Source of the DNA: Bacillota bacterium
Lineage (GTDB): Bacteria; Bacillota; Limnochordia; DTU087
NCBI GenBank assembly: GCA_012519025.1
Contig: JAAYQZ010000040.1
Span: 5,294-69,293 of the forward strand
Reading direction: 5' to 3'
DNA: 64,000 nucleotides
Of this stretch, positions 1 to 10,277 are shown piece by piece. Both the position numbers and the translations under genes were made by a program. Numbering within the stretch: position 1 is the stretch's first letter; every line of letters begins with the position of its first letter. The notes under the pieces are model-generated. The model did no database searches. It worked only from the letters and a program-made list of their open reading frames with translations, and had not been told where the DNA came from.

Positions 1-118
1 TAAATTAATGCTTCGGTACCACAAGTAAGACTTCCTGCCTTTTGCCAAATAATCCAACTGTTCAGTGCAGTCTGCTGCTCGATTAGCGGGACACCAATGA
101 TCCCGAGCTTGCTTTACC

Positions 119-161
119 ATAAAAATAAGCGCACCGGGTGCGGTACCCGGTACGCCTTTTT
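119..161. terminator. Bidirectional stem-loop (gcgcaccgggt..acccggtacgc, 129-155) with T-runs on both sides. It probably terminates folT on the minus strand.
   Basis: A perfect stem of about 11 bp with a 5-nt loop. A TTTTT run follows on the plus strand and TTATTTTTAT on the minus strand. Confidence 0.6.
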
Positions 162-180
162 CACAAATATGTTCTATCTG

Positions 181-699
181 CTATCTGCTGACTTGATGAC
201 TTGCCGTACCACCGTAGGCACTGTAGCCTTTCACAGCATAGTGCAAAATCAAGGCATGGATCGGCACTTGTACCAAGCTGGTTAACAGCCTTGTGGGCAA
301 AAGCACCCAAAAAGCCCTTTCAAACATGATGGTAAGCCAAAGAGTATTTAACCCTGAGACCACCATGCTGGTGACTAAAACACCGGCAACCAAAGGCCAA
401 AACCGCTGCTTGGCTTCGGGAAACAACCGCAACAGAAGCGGTAAAAGAAAGCCCCATGTGGCTGAGCTTAAAGTAAAGCCCGGGAAATACGGTCCCGCCG
501 GGAACAAAATCCCGCCGATGAAATCAGCTAAAGCACCGGTGATGCCGCCGGCTAAAGGCCCCATTAGAAGCCCGGCCAACATGATGGGCAGCGGCCCAAA
601 ACCTATTCTAAGGCCTTGGATGCCAAAGATGGGCAACATGGGGCTCAAAAAACGAGTAAAAACCACACTGATCCCAACTAACAGCCCGATTGTCGTCAT
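181..699 (-). CDS. folT: Folate-family ECF transporter S component (FolT-like), 172 aa from an internal Met
   Basis: Multi-pass membrane protein of about 170 aa resembling ECF S components. A THF riboswitch lies directly upstream. The long ORF's N-terminal extension overlaps the riboswitch, so the start is placed at MTTIGLL. Confidence 0.7.
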   Translation of the reverse strand: MTTIGLLVGISVVFTRFLSPMLPIFGIQGLRIGFGPLPIMLAGLLMGPLAGGITGALADFIGGILFPAGPYFPGFTLSSATWGFLLPLLLRLFPEAKQRFWPLVAGVLVTSMVVSGLNTLWLTIMFERAFWVLLPTRLLTSLVQVPIHALILHYAVKGYSAYGGTASHQVSR

Positions 700-796
700 T
701 TGTCTTGTGGTGACCCGCACAATAATTAACCTCCCTTCTTCGGCAGGTACGCAACCACGCCGAAGCCGGAAGGTATGAATTCCAGCCCTTCGAAGT

Positions 797-888
797 GATA
801 GCGGACGCGGTAGTGCACCGCGGGCAAATGCCCTTCGTCCATGGGCGACTTCCCATCCCATGGCACTTAACGCGCAATACCTACTCTA
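797..888 (-). ncRNA. THF (tetrahydrofolate) riboswitch
   Basis: The minus-strand sequence AGAGUAGGUAUUGCGCGUUAAGUGCCAUGGGAUGGGAAGUCGCCCAUGGACGAAGGGCAUUUGCCCGCGGUGCACUACCGCGUCCGCUAUC matches conserved THF-aptamer blocks of the Eubacterium siraeum THF riboswitch as recalled (AGAGUAG, GCGUUAAGUG, GGGAUG..GUCG, ACGAAG, CGCGGUG, CCGCUC). It sits 5' of the folT-like S component. Confidence 0.8.
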
Positions 889-1049
889 CCAGTTATTAGA
901 CTTGACATCTCTATTCTAGTTTAAAGACTAAACAGTGTCAACCGAACTGAGTGGGATATGTGCCTGACCGGATGGGAATTGACCGGGCAGATGACTAGGC
1001 CAGGCAAGTCAGTCGGTTCGGCCGTTGACTTGGTCCGGTGTATGGTATC

Positions 1050-1745
1050 TCATCTTTGGGCGAGCTTTGTCAGAAGTTCTAAATTAGTAATTACAACCCG
1101 CTCCGATAAATCCAGCACTTCCCGGGCAACAAAAGAACGCAGACATTGAATCATTTCCCCTTCTTTGGCACCGATATCCTTTTGCATATCCTGGACTTTA
1201 AGGGGATAATCGATCATTATTCCACTGGGGCTGATCATGCCGCGGTACTCCACAAAACCCAAAAGATAGCGGGCCAGACGAGTTTCTAGGGGCTGCTGGT
1301 CTTTTAAAATCTCGGGTGCGGTGTGATCAAACATTGCGGTGATATTGCAAAGCAGCTGCCAGTAAAGCCCGGGGTGGGTGTCTAAAAAGCCTTCAAGCAC
1401 CGGTTTACTTATCTTTGCTGCCCGAACAGATGTCACGGCTTTGATGAAATGATTTTTCGATACCCCGCGAAACAGCATCAGCTCATTGAGCCAGGCACCG
1501 GCTGGCAAAATATCTAGGGTGAGCTCGCCGCCTTGGGTGAATTTACCAAATTTCATGATGCCTTTTTCCACAATAATAAGTGTTTGAGCGAAGGTGCCGG
1601 TGAGATTTACTTTTTCTCCCGCGGCCAGTTCAGCGGTTTCAGCAAATTCGGCGATAGACTCAAGTTTCGCATACTCTACTTCCTGCCAAAGGGGCATCTC
1701 TCGAAGCAATGCGGCAGTTCTATGCTTAGCATTCACCGGTCCCAC
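1050..1745 (-). CDS. Crp/Fnr-family transcriptional regulator (cNMP-binding domain plus C-terminal HTH). The start is uncertain; an alternative Met lies near 1697.
   Basis: The domain architecture is that of CAP-family regulators. Confidence 0.6.
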   Translation of the reverse strand: MGPVNAKHRTAALLREMPLWQEVEYAKLESIAEFAETAELAAGEKVNLTGTFAQTLIIVEKGIMKFGKFTQGGELTLDILPAGAWLNELMLFRGVSKNHFIKAVTSVRAAKISKPVLEGFLDTHPGLYWQLLCNITAMFDHTAPEILKDQQPLETRLARYLLGFVEYRGMISPSGIMIDYPLKVQDMQKDIGAKEGEMIQCLRSFVAREVLDLSERVVITNLELLTKLAQR

Positions 1746-1818
1746 CCCCTAGTGATTCTTACCCCAACACAAACAGACATAGGCCCATATGGACATGTGC
1801 TGCCTTTGGGTACTTTTT

Positions 1819-2751
1819 TTAAAGATGCCGTTTGATCAGAACTTGATGGAAAAGCATCTGGATAACGTCTAGTGTCGGCGGTTCTGTTCCCGGGAGCGAA
1901 GCGTTGGCGGCACCGGCAGCCGTAGACCACCGCAGTGCATCTTGTAAAGATGCTCCCTGTCGAAAACCATACAGCAAGCCGGCCAATGCCGCATCACCAC
2001 AGCCGACCGTGCTTTTGACGGAAATCTCAGGCGGAACTGCCCGCCATATTTCCCCATCACATCCCAAAAAAGCCCCGTCTTTACCCAAAGTTAAAAGCAC
2101 ACATCTGATACCATACTGCAGAAGTTCAGCTGCTGCTGCTTCGGCTTCTGTCTCATGCCGAACATATCTCCCCAACAGCTCTTCGGCTTCTGTTTCATTG
2201 GGTTTGATCAAATCCGGTTGGGCTTTGATGGCCTGCTTAAGTGCGGCACCACTGGTATCTAGGGCAATTTTTGCACCTTGGGCTTTAGCTTTAGTGATCA
2301 AAGTACCGTAAAAATCGCTTGGCACACCCGGCGGCATGCTGCCGGAAATCACCAGCCACTGCCAATGGGCGGCATTTGCTTCTATATGTGCAAGGACTTG
2401 TTCAAGCTCCTTTTCACTGACAAGGGGCCCGGGTTCATTTATTTCAGTAGCCTCTTTTGCCTCCCGGGACCAAATCTTTAAATTGGTGCGGCTGCTGCCG
2501 GCAGTGGGTATAACTTCAAGCTTTAAACCCTCTTTTGTAAGGGTTTCGGCGATCCAGCGGCCGCTCTCTCCGCCGAGCAATGCTGTGGCTTGGGTAGGCA
2601 GTCCAAAAGTTTTGAGGGTTCTTGACACATTGATACCCTTTCCAGAAGGGTGATCAATGACTGCCTGCACGCGGTTCATACCCCCGACATTGAGCCGGCA
2701 AATTTCCAAAGTGCGATCAATTGTGGGATTTAACGTCATGGTTGCTATCAT
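1819..2751 (-). CDS. pfkB: 1-phosphofructokinase / tagatose-6-phosphate kinase (PfkB family)
   Basis: PfkB carbohydrate-kinase motifs are present, including N-terminal TLNPxxD and C-terminal GAGD/DTxGAGD-like motifs. Confidence 0.75.
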   Translation of the reverse strand: MIATMTLNPTIDRTLEICRLNVGGMNRVQAVIDHPSGKGINVSRTLKTFGLPTQATALLGGESGRWIAETLTKEGLKLEVIPTAGSSRTNLKIWSREAKEATEINEPGPLVSEKELEQVLAHIEANAAHWQWLVISGSMPPGVPSDFYGTLITKAKAQGAKIALDTSGAALKQAIKAQPDLIKPNETEAEELLGRYVRHETEAEAAAAELLQYGIRCVLLTLGKDGAFLGCDGEIWRAVPPEISVKSTVGCGDAALAGLLYGFRQGASLQDALRWSTAAGAANASLPGTEPPTLDVIQMLFHQVLIKRHL

Positions 2752-2937
2752 GGTTCAGTGTCCCCTTTTCATCCTATAGATCAAGGAACTTTGCCAAGGC
2801 TGCTGAATAATCCAGTACAAACTACAAATAGCAAGATTCCCCACAAACAGATAAAACACCTTCCCAAAAGGAAACGTTCTTCGGGGTAATCAGCTGGATA
2901 AAGCAGCAGGATGCAGCCTTTCAAGGAGGTTTTATAA

Positions 2938-4464
2938 ATGGGTTATATGATCGGTATTGATGTAGGTACAAGCGGAGTAAAGACCATTGCAGTAACACCG
3001 GAGGGGAAAATTACAGCTGAAGCTGTGGCTGAATATGCCCTGCATCATCCCAAAAGCGGCTGGGCAGAGCAGAATCCCGAGGACTGGTGGCAGGCTGCTT
3101 TGACATGTCTTAGGGAGATAAGTGGGAAGTTGGGCAGTGGGGCTTCCGGTGTGAAAGCCATCGGTCTTTCCGGGCAGATGCATGGTTCGGTCTTTGTGGA
3201 TAAACATCACAAAGTGCTCAGACCCGCGATTTTATGGTGTGATGTGCGCACAGCGGCAGAATGCCGTTTCATTCATGAAAAAGTCGGCAAAGATAAGCTG
3301 ATTCAATATGTTTCCAACCCAGCTTTGGAGGGGTTCACCGCGCCAAAAATCGTGTGGCTGAAGCACCATGAGCCGGATATATACAAGCATGTATATAAAG
3401 TGCTTTTGCCTAAAGATTATGTGCGTTTAAAGCTCACCGGTGAACTATTTACCGAAGCATCAGATGCTGCAGGCACACTGCTTTTCGATGTGACGCAAAG
3501 GCGTTGGTCTGATGAAGTGCTGAAGGCTTTGGATATTTCCTCCGATATTTTACCACCTTGGCGGGAATCCGGAGATATCTGCGGTTATCTGCAGGACGAT
3601 GTGGCAGAGGCTGTGGGCCTACCGCGAAACATTCCCATTGCCGGCGGTGGTGCCGATAACGCGGCCGGTGCCGTTGGAGCCGGCATCGTAAAGCCGGGCC
3701 GAGTCCTGACAAGCATCGGTTCCTCCGGTGTTGTTTTGGCCCATACCGACACACCGAAAACCGATCCACAAGGACGGGTGCACACTTTCAACCACTCTAT
3801 TCCCCATAAGTGGTATGTCATGGGTGTAATCATGGCAGCCGGGCTTTCTTTGAAATGGTTTAGGGATAATTTCGGCCAGATAGAGCGCCAGATGGAAAAT
3901 CTAACCGGCCGGGATGCTTATGTTTTCATGGATCAGCAGGCTGCCCAGACTGCGGCAGGAGCGGAGGGTTTAGTGTTTTTACCCTACTTAAACGGTGAAC
4001 GCACTCCCCATGCCGATGCTAATGCCAGAGGTGTTTTCTTTGGGCTCGATCCTCGCCACACCAGGGGCCATATGATGAGGGCCATCATGGAAGGCGTCGT
4101 CTTTGCGCTGCGAGATTCTGTGGAAATAATTAGGGATATGGGTATTGCCGTTGATCAAGTGCGGGCCATAGGCGGTGGTGCCAAAAGTCCTTTGTGGCTG
4201 GAAATACAGGCTAATATTCTAAATGTTGAAGTAGCTGTTTTAAACATCGATGAAGGGCCTGCTTTAGGTGCCGCTTTGCTGGGCGGCCGGGCGGCCGGTA
4301 TTTACAACAGTGTGGAGGAAGCTGCAGAAAGTGTGGTGCGTGTCGGCGATACCGTAAAACCGACACAAGATTTCGTCCAGCGTTATGAGCAGTATTACCA
4401 ATTCTATCGTTCTTTGTATCCTGTGTTGAAAGAGAGTTTCCAAATTGCGGCAGGGATGCGGTAG
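2938..4464 (+). CDS. xylB: FGGY-family carbohydrate kinase, xylulokinase-like
   Basis: N-terminal IGIDxGTS, then GQMHG and C-terminal GGGA motifs. An AAGGAGG RBS sits 9 nt upstream of the ATG. Confidence 0.8.
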   Translation: MGYMIGIDVGTSGVKTIAVTPEGKITAEAVAEYALHHPKSGWAEQNPEDWWQAALTCLREISGKLGSGASGVKAIGLSGQMHGSVFVDKHHKVLRPAILWCDVRTAAECRFIHEKVGKDKLIQYVSNPALEGFTAPKIVWLKHHEPDIYKHVYKVLLPKDYVRLKLTGELFTEASDAAGTLLFDVTQRRWSDEVLKALDISSDILPPWRESGDICGYLQDDVAEAVGLPRNIPIAGGGADNAAGAVGAGIVKPGRVLTSIGSSGVVLAHTDTPKTDPQGRVHTFNHSIPHKWYVMGVIMAAGLSLKWFRDNFGQIERQMENLTGRDAYVFMDQQAAQTAAGAEGLVFLPYLNGERTPHADANARGVFFGLDPRHTRGHMMRAIMEGVVFALRDSVEIIRDMGIAVDQVRAIGGGAKSPLWLEIQANILNVEVAVLNIDEGPALGAALLGGRAAGIYNSVEEAAESVVRVGDTVKPTQDFVQRYEQYYQFYRSLYPVLKESFQIAAGMR

Positions 4465-4506
4465 GCACCCCACCTGATCGTCAATTAAGGCAAAGTGAGG
4501 GGAGCA

Positions 4507-5175
4507 TCACAGTATACCTTTACTGCGGCGCTCCCTTTGTTCTTGGAAAAGATAACGGATGATCTCGTCTCGAAACTTGGATGCTATTTTCTCTATATGG
4601 AGGCCAACCGCGATCCGGTTTTCGGGATCATCTGGGATTGTTGTTTTGCGGACTACCCGGGCAGTGACTTGGCCGCTGGCCACAGGCAGGTGGATATCTA
4701 CTAAAAGTTCACTACCGTGGATCAAGTCATGTTCATTTTTGATCCATGCCAATAAACCGCTGCCACTTAGGTTTTTAATTAGACCGCTTTTGTTGGGAAT
4801 CGGCAGCTCACCTTTATTTACGCCTTTAGGCAAAATGGCGTAGGTCATGTTTAGCAAAACGTCCAGGCGAAAATAGCCCCTGCGGTTGGCTTGGGACAGT
4901 TCTTCAGGCCACCGGACTAAAATATAGGGGATGTGCCCCTCTCTTCTTGCCAAAACAGTGGTATTGAAGGCGTAAATGCTGTCCTGGTAGGGAACTACTA
5001 TTTTGACCTCACCCCCGATGGGGATGGGCTGCACCAGACCGCCGCGCAAAGGGGCCGCCAGCAAAATCCCGCTATCTTCCAAGGATTCTATTCTGCTGGG
5101 GTAAACCTCCGGCTTCCCCCTTCTTGTCACTTCTATTTCCACCCGTTCATTGATCTTAATCACATCGCTAATCAT
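4507..5175 (-). CDS. PilZ-domain protein (YcgR-like flagellar brake / c-di-GMP receptor)
   Basis: A YcgR-N-like domain is followed by a PilZ domain. The start is placed at MISDVIK. Confidence 0.6.
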   Translation of the reverse strand: MISDVIKINERVEIEVTRRGKPEVYPSRIESLEDSGILLAAPLRGGLVQPIPIGGEVKIVVPYQDSIYAFNTTVLARREGHIPYILVRWPEELSQANRRGYFRLDVLLNMTYAILPKGVNKGELPIPNKSGLIKNLSGSGLLAWIKNEHDLIHGSELLVDIHLPVASGQVTARVVRKTTIPDDPENRIAVGLHIEKIASKFRDEIIRYLFQEQRERRSKGIL

Positions 5176-5247
5176 CGACCGCCACCCCCGACACACTTAA
5201 CTTGGCTCACTTAACTTCCACTTTTAGAGGTACTATTTTCTATATTT

Positions 5248-7257
5248 CTAAGTCTGTGCCCTTATTCCTTTAAGTAAGCCTTGACGGCGGGCGGAAGCAT
5301 TGATTTCTCGAATGCTTTCCACAGCCCAATCTATTTCCGCAGTAGCATTATCTGCCATAAACCACACCCGGCCGGTGGGGTGTTTTGCTGTTCTGCCGCT
5401 GCGACCGGCCATTTGAATCAAAGTCGGTGCATCAAACAACTCATCATGGGCGTAAAGCACAAATACGTCGGCTTTAGCGGCGGTCACTCCCCGTTCCAGT
5501 ACACTGGTTGAGACTATAACAGCCGGTGCATGGGCCTGAAAGGCAAGCCGTTTTGCTTCAGCTTCTCTATCTTGGGAGTGGGTGCCGAAGATGGGTATTT
5601 TGGTCAAGGTATCTCCGTGGACACCGGCTGAGGACCTGAGTTTTACCGCAATCACTTTAACCAAAATCGATACAAGCCAAATGCGGGGCACAAAAATGAA
5701 GATTCTGCTGCCTGCTTGAATGCTCTCTAGAAGCAGTTCCCAAAACTCTTCCGGCAGAGTGATTGGCCCGTTTTTAGAACCGGGCATCAAGGCCGTGGCT
5801 TTGCTGGTTCTGGGCATAGGGCGGGCAGGCAGCCTATAGCCTTTGTCTTCAAGCAGTGTTGGAATCGGTACCGGGTGGCCGTGGTGACGGACAGGTACTG
5901 TGACTAGTTCAAGTTCACCGCGGCGGGCTTTGCCCAGCATGGCCGGGCTGGGGGTGGCTGTCATATAGATTTTTAGGCCTTCCGGTTTTACGCTGCGGTT
6001 GAAGGCATAATGCAGCATCGGAGAGCCGGCATAGGGAAAAGCATCTGCTTCATCTAAAATGGCAAGATCGAAACAGCTGTTGAAACGGAGCAGTTGATGG
6101 GTTGTGGCTAAAACCAATGCACTTAGTTCAGGAGGTGCTTTTACCCCACCATAAAGGGCATCAATGGGGATGTTTGGGAAGGCGCTTTTCGCCCGCTCTA
6201 AAAGTTCGAGTACAACATCTCGGCGGGGAATGGCAAAAAGCACTCTCAAACCCTTTTGGAGTGCAAGTTCCACAGCTTTGAAGGCAATCTCTGTTTTGCC
6301 TGCCCCGCAAACTGCCCAGATAAGGCAATCCTTTGGTGTGCACTTTAAAGAGTTTTCCTGAACGGTTTCCGCGTTTTGAAGATACTCCTCCAGCCAGATT
6401 TGCACATGCCCGCCCAACTTTTGGCTGGCTCGTGCTTGGGATAAAGTCAATTGGAACGGAAACTGTGCTTTAAGACCAGGAAAAGCTTGATTGCCCGGCC
6501 GCAGGGCAGTGCAGGTGTTTGCGTACCTATTGTCTGTGATACCGGCGTTGTGCCGGGCTGTTTGCCGCTGATCGCCGGATGGCTCCAGGCCCATATAAAG
6601 CTCACGACAGCTTCTCATTTCCCCCAATGTGCGGCAGTTTGGACAGATGCGGCAGTCACTGCGTCCGCATAAAGGACAATCAACTGTCTCCAGCTGCAGA
6701 CTTGTGCCACAGCGAGTGCAAGTATGATAGCTTTTTAGTGGTGATGTAATGGCCGCATCTACACCGATACGGCCTTCGATGGCTAGGACCTGTAACATAT
6801 CCCTCAGGGGATAGGGGCTTTTTGCGGTTATTTTAAATGCTGCTGACTGCACTTCATCAAATGTAAGCAGCCTGCCTTTGAGTACAGCTGCTGTCAGTGC
6901 AAGGAAATCTTCGGGGATCGTGCGCAGATGGGCGTTCTTTGACTCAACAGCCTTAATGTCCAAATGGGGGCTGTTTGCATTTTGCCGGTGCAGTTCCTTT
7001 TTAATTTTTTGCCGCCAGGCATCTAACCAAGTAGGGGCTGTAAGCCTTCTAAAAAAAGAAATTCCGACACGTGTGGGCGGATCCTTTAAGGTGTCTGTAA
7101 CGGCTTTTGCAACATCTATCCGCAAAGGAGCGTTTAAAACGAATATACGGCTTGATGCGCTGTTTGCCCAATATGCCGCATCCAAAAAAGGATCATGGGT
7201 AAAGGCACTGATCTTTCCCTTGGAAGACTCCACTGTGTATAGGTAATAAACTGCCAT
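5248..7257 (-). CDS. comFA: ComFA-like DEAD-box helicase with a double C4 zinc finger and an extra N-terminal domain of about 200 aa
   Basis: Collinear with B. subtilis ComFA: CxxC..CxxC zinc fingers, Walker A LIWAVCGAGKTE, a DEAD box at LDEADAF, motifs TAT and IAGRSGR. The 669-aa length exceeds the roughly 460 aa of ComFA. Confidence 0.75.
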   Translation of the reverse strand: MAVYYLYTVESSKGKISAFTHDPFLDAAYWANSASSRIFVLNAPLRIDVAKAVTDTLKDPPTRVGISFFRRLTAPTWLDAWRQKIKKELHRQNANSPHLDIKAVESKNAHLRTIPEDFLALTAAVLKGRLLTFDEVQSAAFKITAKSPYPLRDMLQVLAIEGRIGVDAAITSPLKSYHTCTRCGTSLQLETVDCPLCGRSDCRICPNCRTLGEMRSCRELYMGLEPSGDQRQTARHNAGITDNRYANTCTALRPGNQAFPGLKAQFPFQLTLSQARASQKLGGHVQIWLEEYLQNAETVQENSLKCTPKDCLIWAVCGAGKTEIAFKAVELALQKGLRVLFAIPRRDVVLELLERAKSAFPNIPIDALYGGVKAPPELSALVLATTHQLLRFNSCFDLAILDEADAFPYAGSPMLHYAFNRSVKPEGLKIYMTATPSPAMLGKARRGELELVTVPVRHHGHPVPIPTLLEDKGYRLPARPMPRTSKATALMPGSKNGPITLPEEFWELLLESIQAGSRIFIFVPRIWLVSILVKVIAVKLRSSAGVHGDTLTKIPIFGTHSQDREAEAKRLAFQAHAPAVIVSTSVLERGVTAAKADVFVLYAHDELFDAPTLIQMAGRSGRTAKHPTGRVWFMADNATAEIDWAVESIREINASARRQGLLKGIRAQT

Positions 7258-7299
7258 AATTTTGCCGATGGGTCGCGGCGGATATGCAAAACTCAGGTT

Positions 7300-9591
7300 C
7301 TAACCGGTGAAAACTTTTAAACGCTGGATTAGGCCGGTGAAGCGCTCTCTGCCCCGCTCTTGGCGGATATAGACGGCGAGGGCTCGCTTTTCACCGACAA
7401 GTACTACAAGCTGTTTAGCCCTGGTGATGGCGGTGTACAAAAGATTGCGGTTCATCAAACTCGGTAAGGTCCACACCAAAGGCATTATTACTACGGGATA
7501 TTCACTGCCTTGGCTTTTATGGACAGAGATGGCATAAGAAAGCTCCAGCTGATCCCAATCACTGCGCTCATAAGAGATATAGCGGGTTTCGTCTACATCG
7601 TTGAGCTCCATGATCAGTGAGTGCTCTTCTGTGTCAATGGAGACAATGCGGCCCATATCTCCGTTGAAGACTTTTTTATCATAGTCATTTTCCGTCTGCA
7701 TTACTTTGTCCCCAACTCTGAAGATGCTGCTGCCAAACTCTTTCTGCGTTTTACCGGCTTTGGGTGGATTTAAAGCGGCTTGTAAGTGCTCATTTAAAAT
7801 TGCTGTTCCCACCCTAGTGCGGCGAATGGGGCTCAGCACTTGTATATCCTCTAAAGGGTCAAATCCATAATGTGCCGGCAGCCTCTCTTGGGCCAGTTTC
7901 ACGATGAGCGCCGGTGTGTTTTCCGAGTCTTTTTGTTCAATTAGGAAAAAATCTTTATCCGGTTGGTTCAAATAAGGGAAGTCCCCCCGGTTGATGCGAT
8001 GGGCATTTGTTACGATTAGGCTTGTTTGGGCCTGACGAAAGACTTCTGTGAGGCGGGCCAACGGCACTTCGCCTGCTTCGATCATGTCGCTTAAAGGCTG
8101 TCCCGGCCCTACCGGCGGCAGCTGATCAGCATCCCCAACTAAGATCAGGCGGGTGCCGGCATCGATTGCCATCAAAAGATGATAAAACAACCTCATATCT
8201 ACCATGGAGACCTCATCGATAATCACGACATCGGCTTTTAGGGGGTTTTCCGCGTTTTTGCGAAACTGGAGTCCTGCATCCGGTTCATAGCCAAATTCCA
8301 GCAAACGGTGGATGGTCTGAGCCGGGCGGCCGGTGCTTTCAGCAAGCCTTTTGGCTGCTCTGCCTGTGGGAGATGCCAAAAGCGTTTTCCAACGCCAAGT
8401 AGCATACATCTCCAAAATGACTTTCACAATAGTGGTTTTCCCGGTACCCGGACCGCCTGTGATGATTAAAAGCGATTCTTGACAGGCGCTGAGCACAGCT
8501 TGCCTTTGATTGGGGGCAAGCTGGATGCCGATGCGTTTTTCGGCTTCTTCCAACAAAAAAATGAGGTCTTGTTTGAGAAAATCTTGCTGCCCTTGCTGTA
8601 CATTCCAAGATACCAGGCGTTCGGCGACAGCCTCTTCCATTGCTTTGAGCATGGGCAGGTATATAACTTCACGTTCATCAATAATTTCTTCTTGGACCGT
8701 GCCTTCTTTAAGGAGGGTCTCAAGCCCCTGCACAATCAAAGGGGAGGAAACGTCCAATATCTTTTCCGCTTCTTTTTGTAAGGTGTCTTTAGGCAGACAA
8801 ACGTGGCCTTCGCCAAGACTTTGTTCCAGTGTGTATTTTATGCCGGCCCGGATCCGCTCCGGTGCTTCCGCGGTTATCCCTAAGTTTTGTGCTATACCGT
8901 CGGCGATGCGAAAGCCGATACCGGTGACATCATCGGCCAAACGGTAGGGGTTTTCCTGCAAAACAGCGATGGTATCCTGCCGGTAGTGGCGGTAAATGCG
9001 GTGGGCATAGGCGGGACTGATGCCGTGGCCCTGCAAAAACACCATAATATTTTGTATGTCTTCCTGTAAGCTGAGCCCTTCTTGGATGGCTTTGGCTTTG
9101 ACAGGTCCGATGCCTTCCACTTCCTGAAGCCGTTCCGGTGTCACACTGATGACGTCTAGAGTTGTCAGGCCGAATTTATCTACCAGTTTCTCGGCAGTGC
9201 TGGGTCCCACACCTTTGATGAGTCCCGATGCCAGGTAGTTTTTGATACCATCCACAGTGGCCGGCATCAATGGCTCTGCTGCTTCTACCCTGAATTGGCG
9301 GCCGTATTGAGGATGGGTTGTCCATTCTCCCCGCAGGCGGAAGCTCTCGCCGGGATGTACAGAGATGAAACGCCCCACACAGGTGACAGGAGTTTTGCTG
9401 TCATTTGGCAAAAGGCGAGCTACTGTATATAGATTTTCTTCGTTGCGAAATGTGATATGATTAATGGTTCCTTCCAGCACTTCCAAATCCAACAATGAAT
9501 TTCCCTCCGCCTCAAGAGCTAATGCATTGTTTCTTGCCGGTGGCGGCAACTCCTGCATTTCCGCGTTTGCCTGCAGTTCAAACCTTTGCAA
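7300..9591 (-). CDS. recD2: ATP-dependent RecD2-type SF1B DNA helicase
   Basis: N-terminal HhH region, Walker A GGPGTGKTT, and a C-terminal SH3/2B domain. The architecture is YrrC-like. Confidence 0.85.
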   Translation of the reverse strand: MQRFELQANAEMQELPPPARNNALALEAEGNSLLDLEVLEGTINHITFRNEENLYTVARLLPNDSKTPVTCVGRFISVHPGESFRLRGEWTTHPQYGRQFRVEAAEPLMPATVDGIKNYLASGLIKGVGPSTAEKLVDKFGLTTLDVISVTPERLQEVEGIGPVKAKAIQEGLSLQEDIQNIMVFLQGHGISPAYAHRIYRHYRQDTIAVLQENPYRLADDVTGIGFRIADGIAQNLGITAEAPERIRAGIKYTLEQSLGEGHVCLPKDTLQKEAEKILDVSSPLIVQGLETLLKEGTVQEEIIDEREVIYLPMLKAMEEAVAERLVSWNVQQGQQDFLKQDLIFLLEEAEKRIGIQLAPNQRQAVLSACQESLLIITGGPGTGKTTIVKVILEMYATWRWKTLLASPTGRAAKRLAESTGRPAQTIHRLLEFGYEPDAGLQFRKNAENPLKADVVIIDEVSMVDMRLFYHLLMAIDAGTRLILVGDADQLPPVGPGQPLSDMIEAGEVPLARLTEVFRQAQTSLIVTNAHRINRGDFPYLNQPDKDFFLIEQKDSENTPALIVKLAQERLPAHYGFDPLEDIQVLSPIRRTRVGTAILNEHLQAALNPPKAGKTQKEFGSSIFRVGDKVMQTENDYDKKVFNGDMGRIVSIDTEEHSLIMELNDVDETRYISYERSDWDQLELSYAISVHKSQGSEYPVVIMPLVWTLPSLMNRNLLYTAITRAKQLVVLVGEKRALAVYIRQERGRERFTGLIQRLKVFTG

Positions 9592-9626
9592 AATAAATGC
9601 GGCCCGGGGCTGCCGGGCCTTGTTGC

Positions 9627-9917
9627 TTAATCTACTTGACTGTCCCCCGCCAGATTAAAAGCAATAGCCCAAAGGGCTATTTGGGTCCGATCTTCCACCT
9701 GCAGTTTCTTATATATATTGGTCACGTGGTTTTTTACGGTGTGGGGACTGATAAAAAGCTCTTTGGCTATTTCCACATTGGTCATACCGGTGGCAATCAA
9801 AGCCAAGACCTCTACTTCCCGAGGAGTGAGTCCGGCGGGAAATCCATGTCGGTTCTTGCTTTCAGAAGTAGGCCTACCTGATGCGCCGGTGTGTGGTTGT
9901 TTTTTGTGTTTATCCAT
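9627..9917 (-). CDS. Small LuxR/GerE-family HTH transcriptional regulator
   Basis: A LuxR-type HTH (LTPREVEVL...[24 protein letters not shown]) follows a basic N-terminal tail. Confidence 0.6.
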   Translation of the reverse strand: MDKHKKQPHTGASGRPTSESKNRHGFPAGLTPREVEVLALIATGMTNVEIAKELFISPHTVKNHVTNIYKKLQVEDRTQIALWAIAFNLAGDSQVD

Positions 9918-9965
9918 GTAGGAAGCCCTCCGCCCTTTTCCCGCTTAATCCATCTTATTCGGGGC

Positions 9966-10277
9966 TTAGGGGATTGGTTCCCTATGGATCACCAGCTGAT
10001 CATATACAGAAGTGGCAGATCTAAAGATCGTCCCCGCCGGCAGTTCCAACACGGCAGAGGCGTGTCTTAAGACGGGGCCGCAGCGCCGTGCGGGCATATG
10101 ATTTATAATATGCAGTACTGTACATTTTGGGGTGAGGTAAATCGCGTCAAAAACAAACCGCATACCAAAACTGTGTATACTCCGGCAGGGCATCAATAAC
10201 AGACCTTCACCTTGTTCCAAATTGGGTGTACCCAGCAGACCTTTGGCCCTTGCTCTAAAGGTATCAGCAAGGCGCAC
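9966..10277 (-). CDS. DUF192 domain protein. The start is uncertain: the first canonical start (GTG) is far from a strong upstream SD.
   Basis: DUF192-like motifs (RARGLLG, GMRF, IxxM). See findings for the start-codon anomaly. Confidence 0.5.
   Translation of the reverse strand: MRLADTFRARAKGLLGTPNLEQGEGLLLMPCRSIHSFGMRFVFDAIYLTPKCTVLHIINHMPARRCGPVLRHASAVLELPAGTIFRSATSVYDQLVIHREPIP

Noticed and set aside
171-190. Short tandem ctatctgctatctgct repeat near the folT 3' end
   Set aside because: There are only two copies of an 8-mer, which is too short for a CRISPR, VNTR or recognisable binding array.
293-778. 161-aa plus-strand ORF antisense to folT
   Set aside because: It is entirely embedded in the antisense strand of a well-supported membrane protein gene and the THF riboswitch. 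Its composition is low-complexity Lys/Pro-rich, typical of a shadow ORF.
8339-9069. Several ORFs of 60-145 aa on both strands inside recD2
   Set aside because: They are shadow ORFs within a contiguous, fully collinear 763-aa RecD2 helicase gene.
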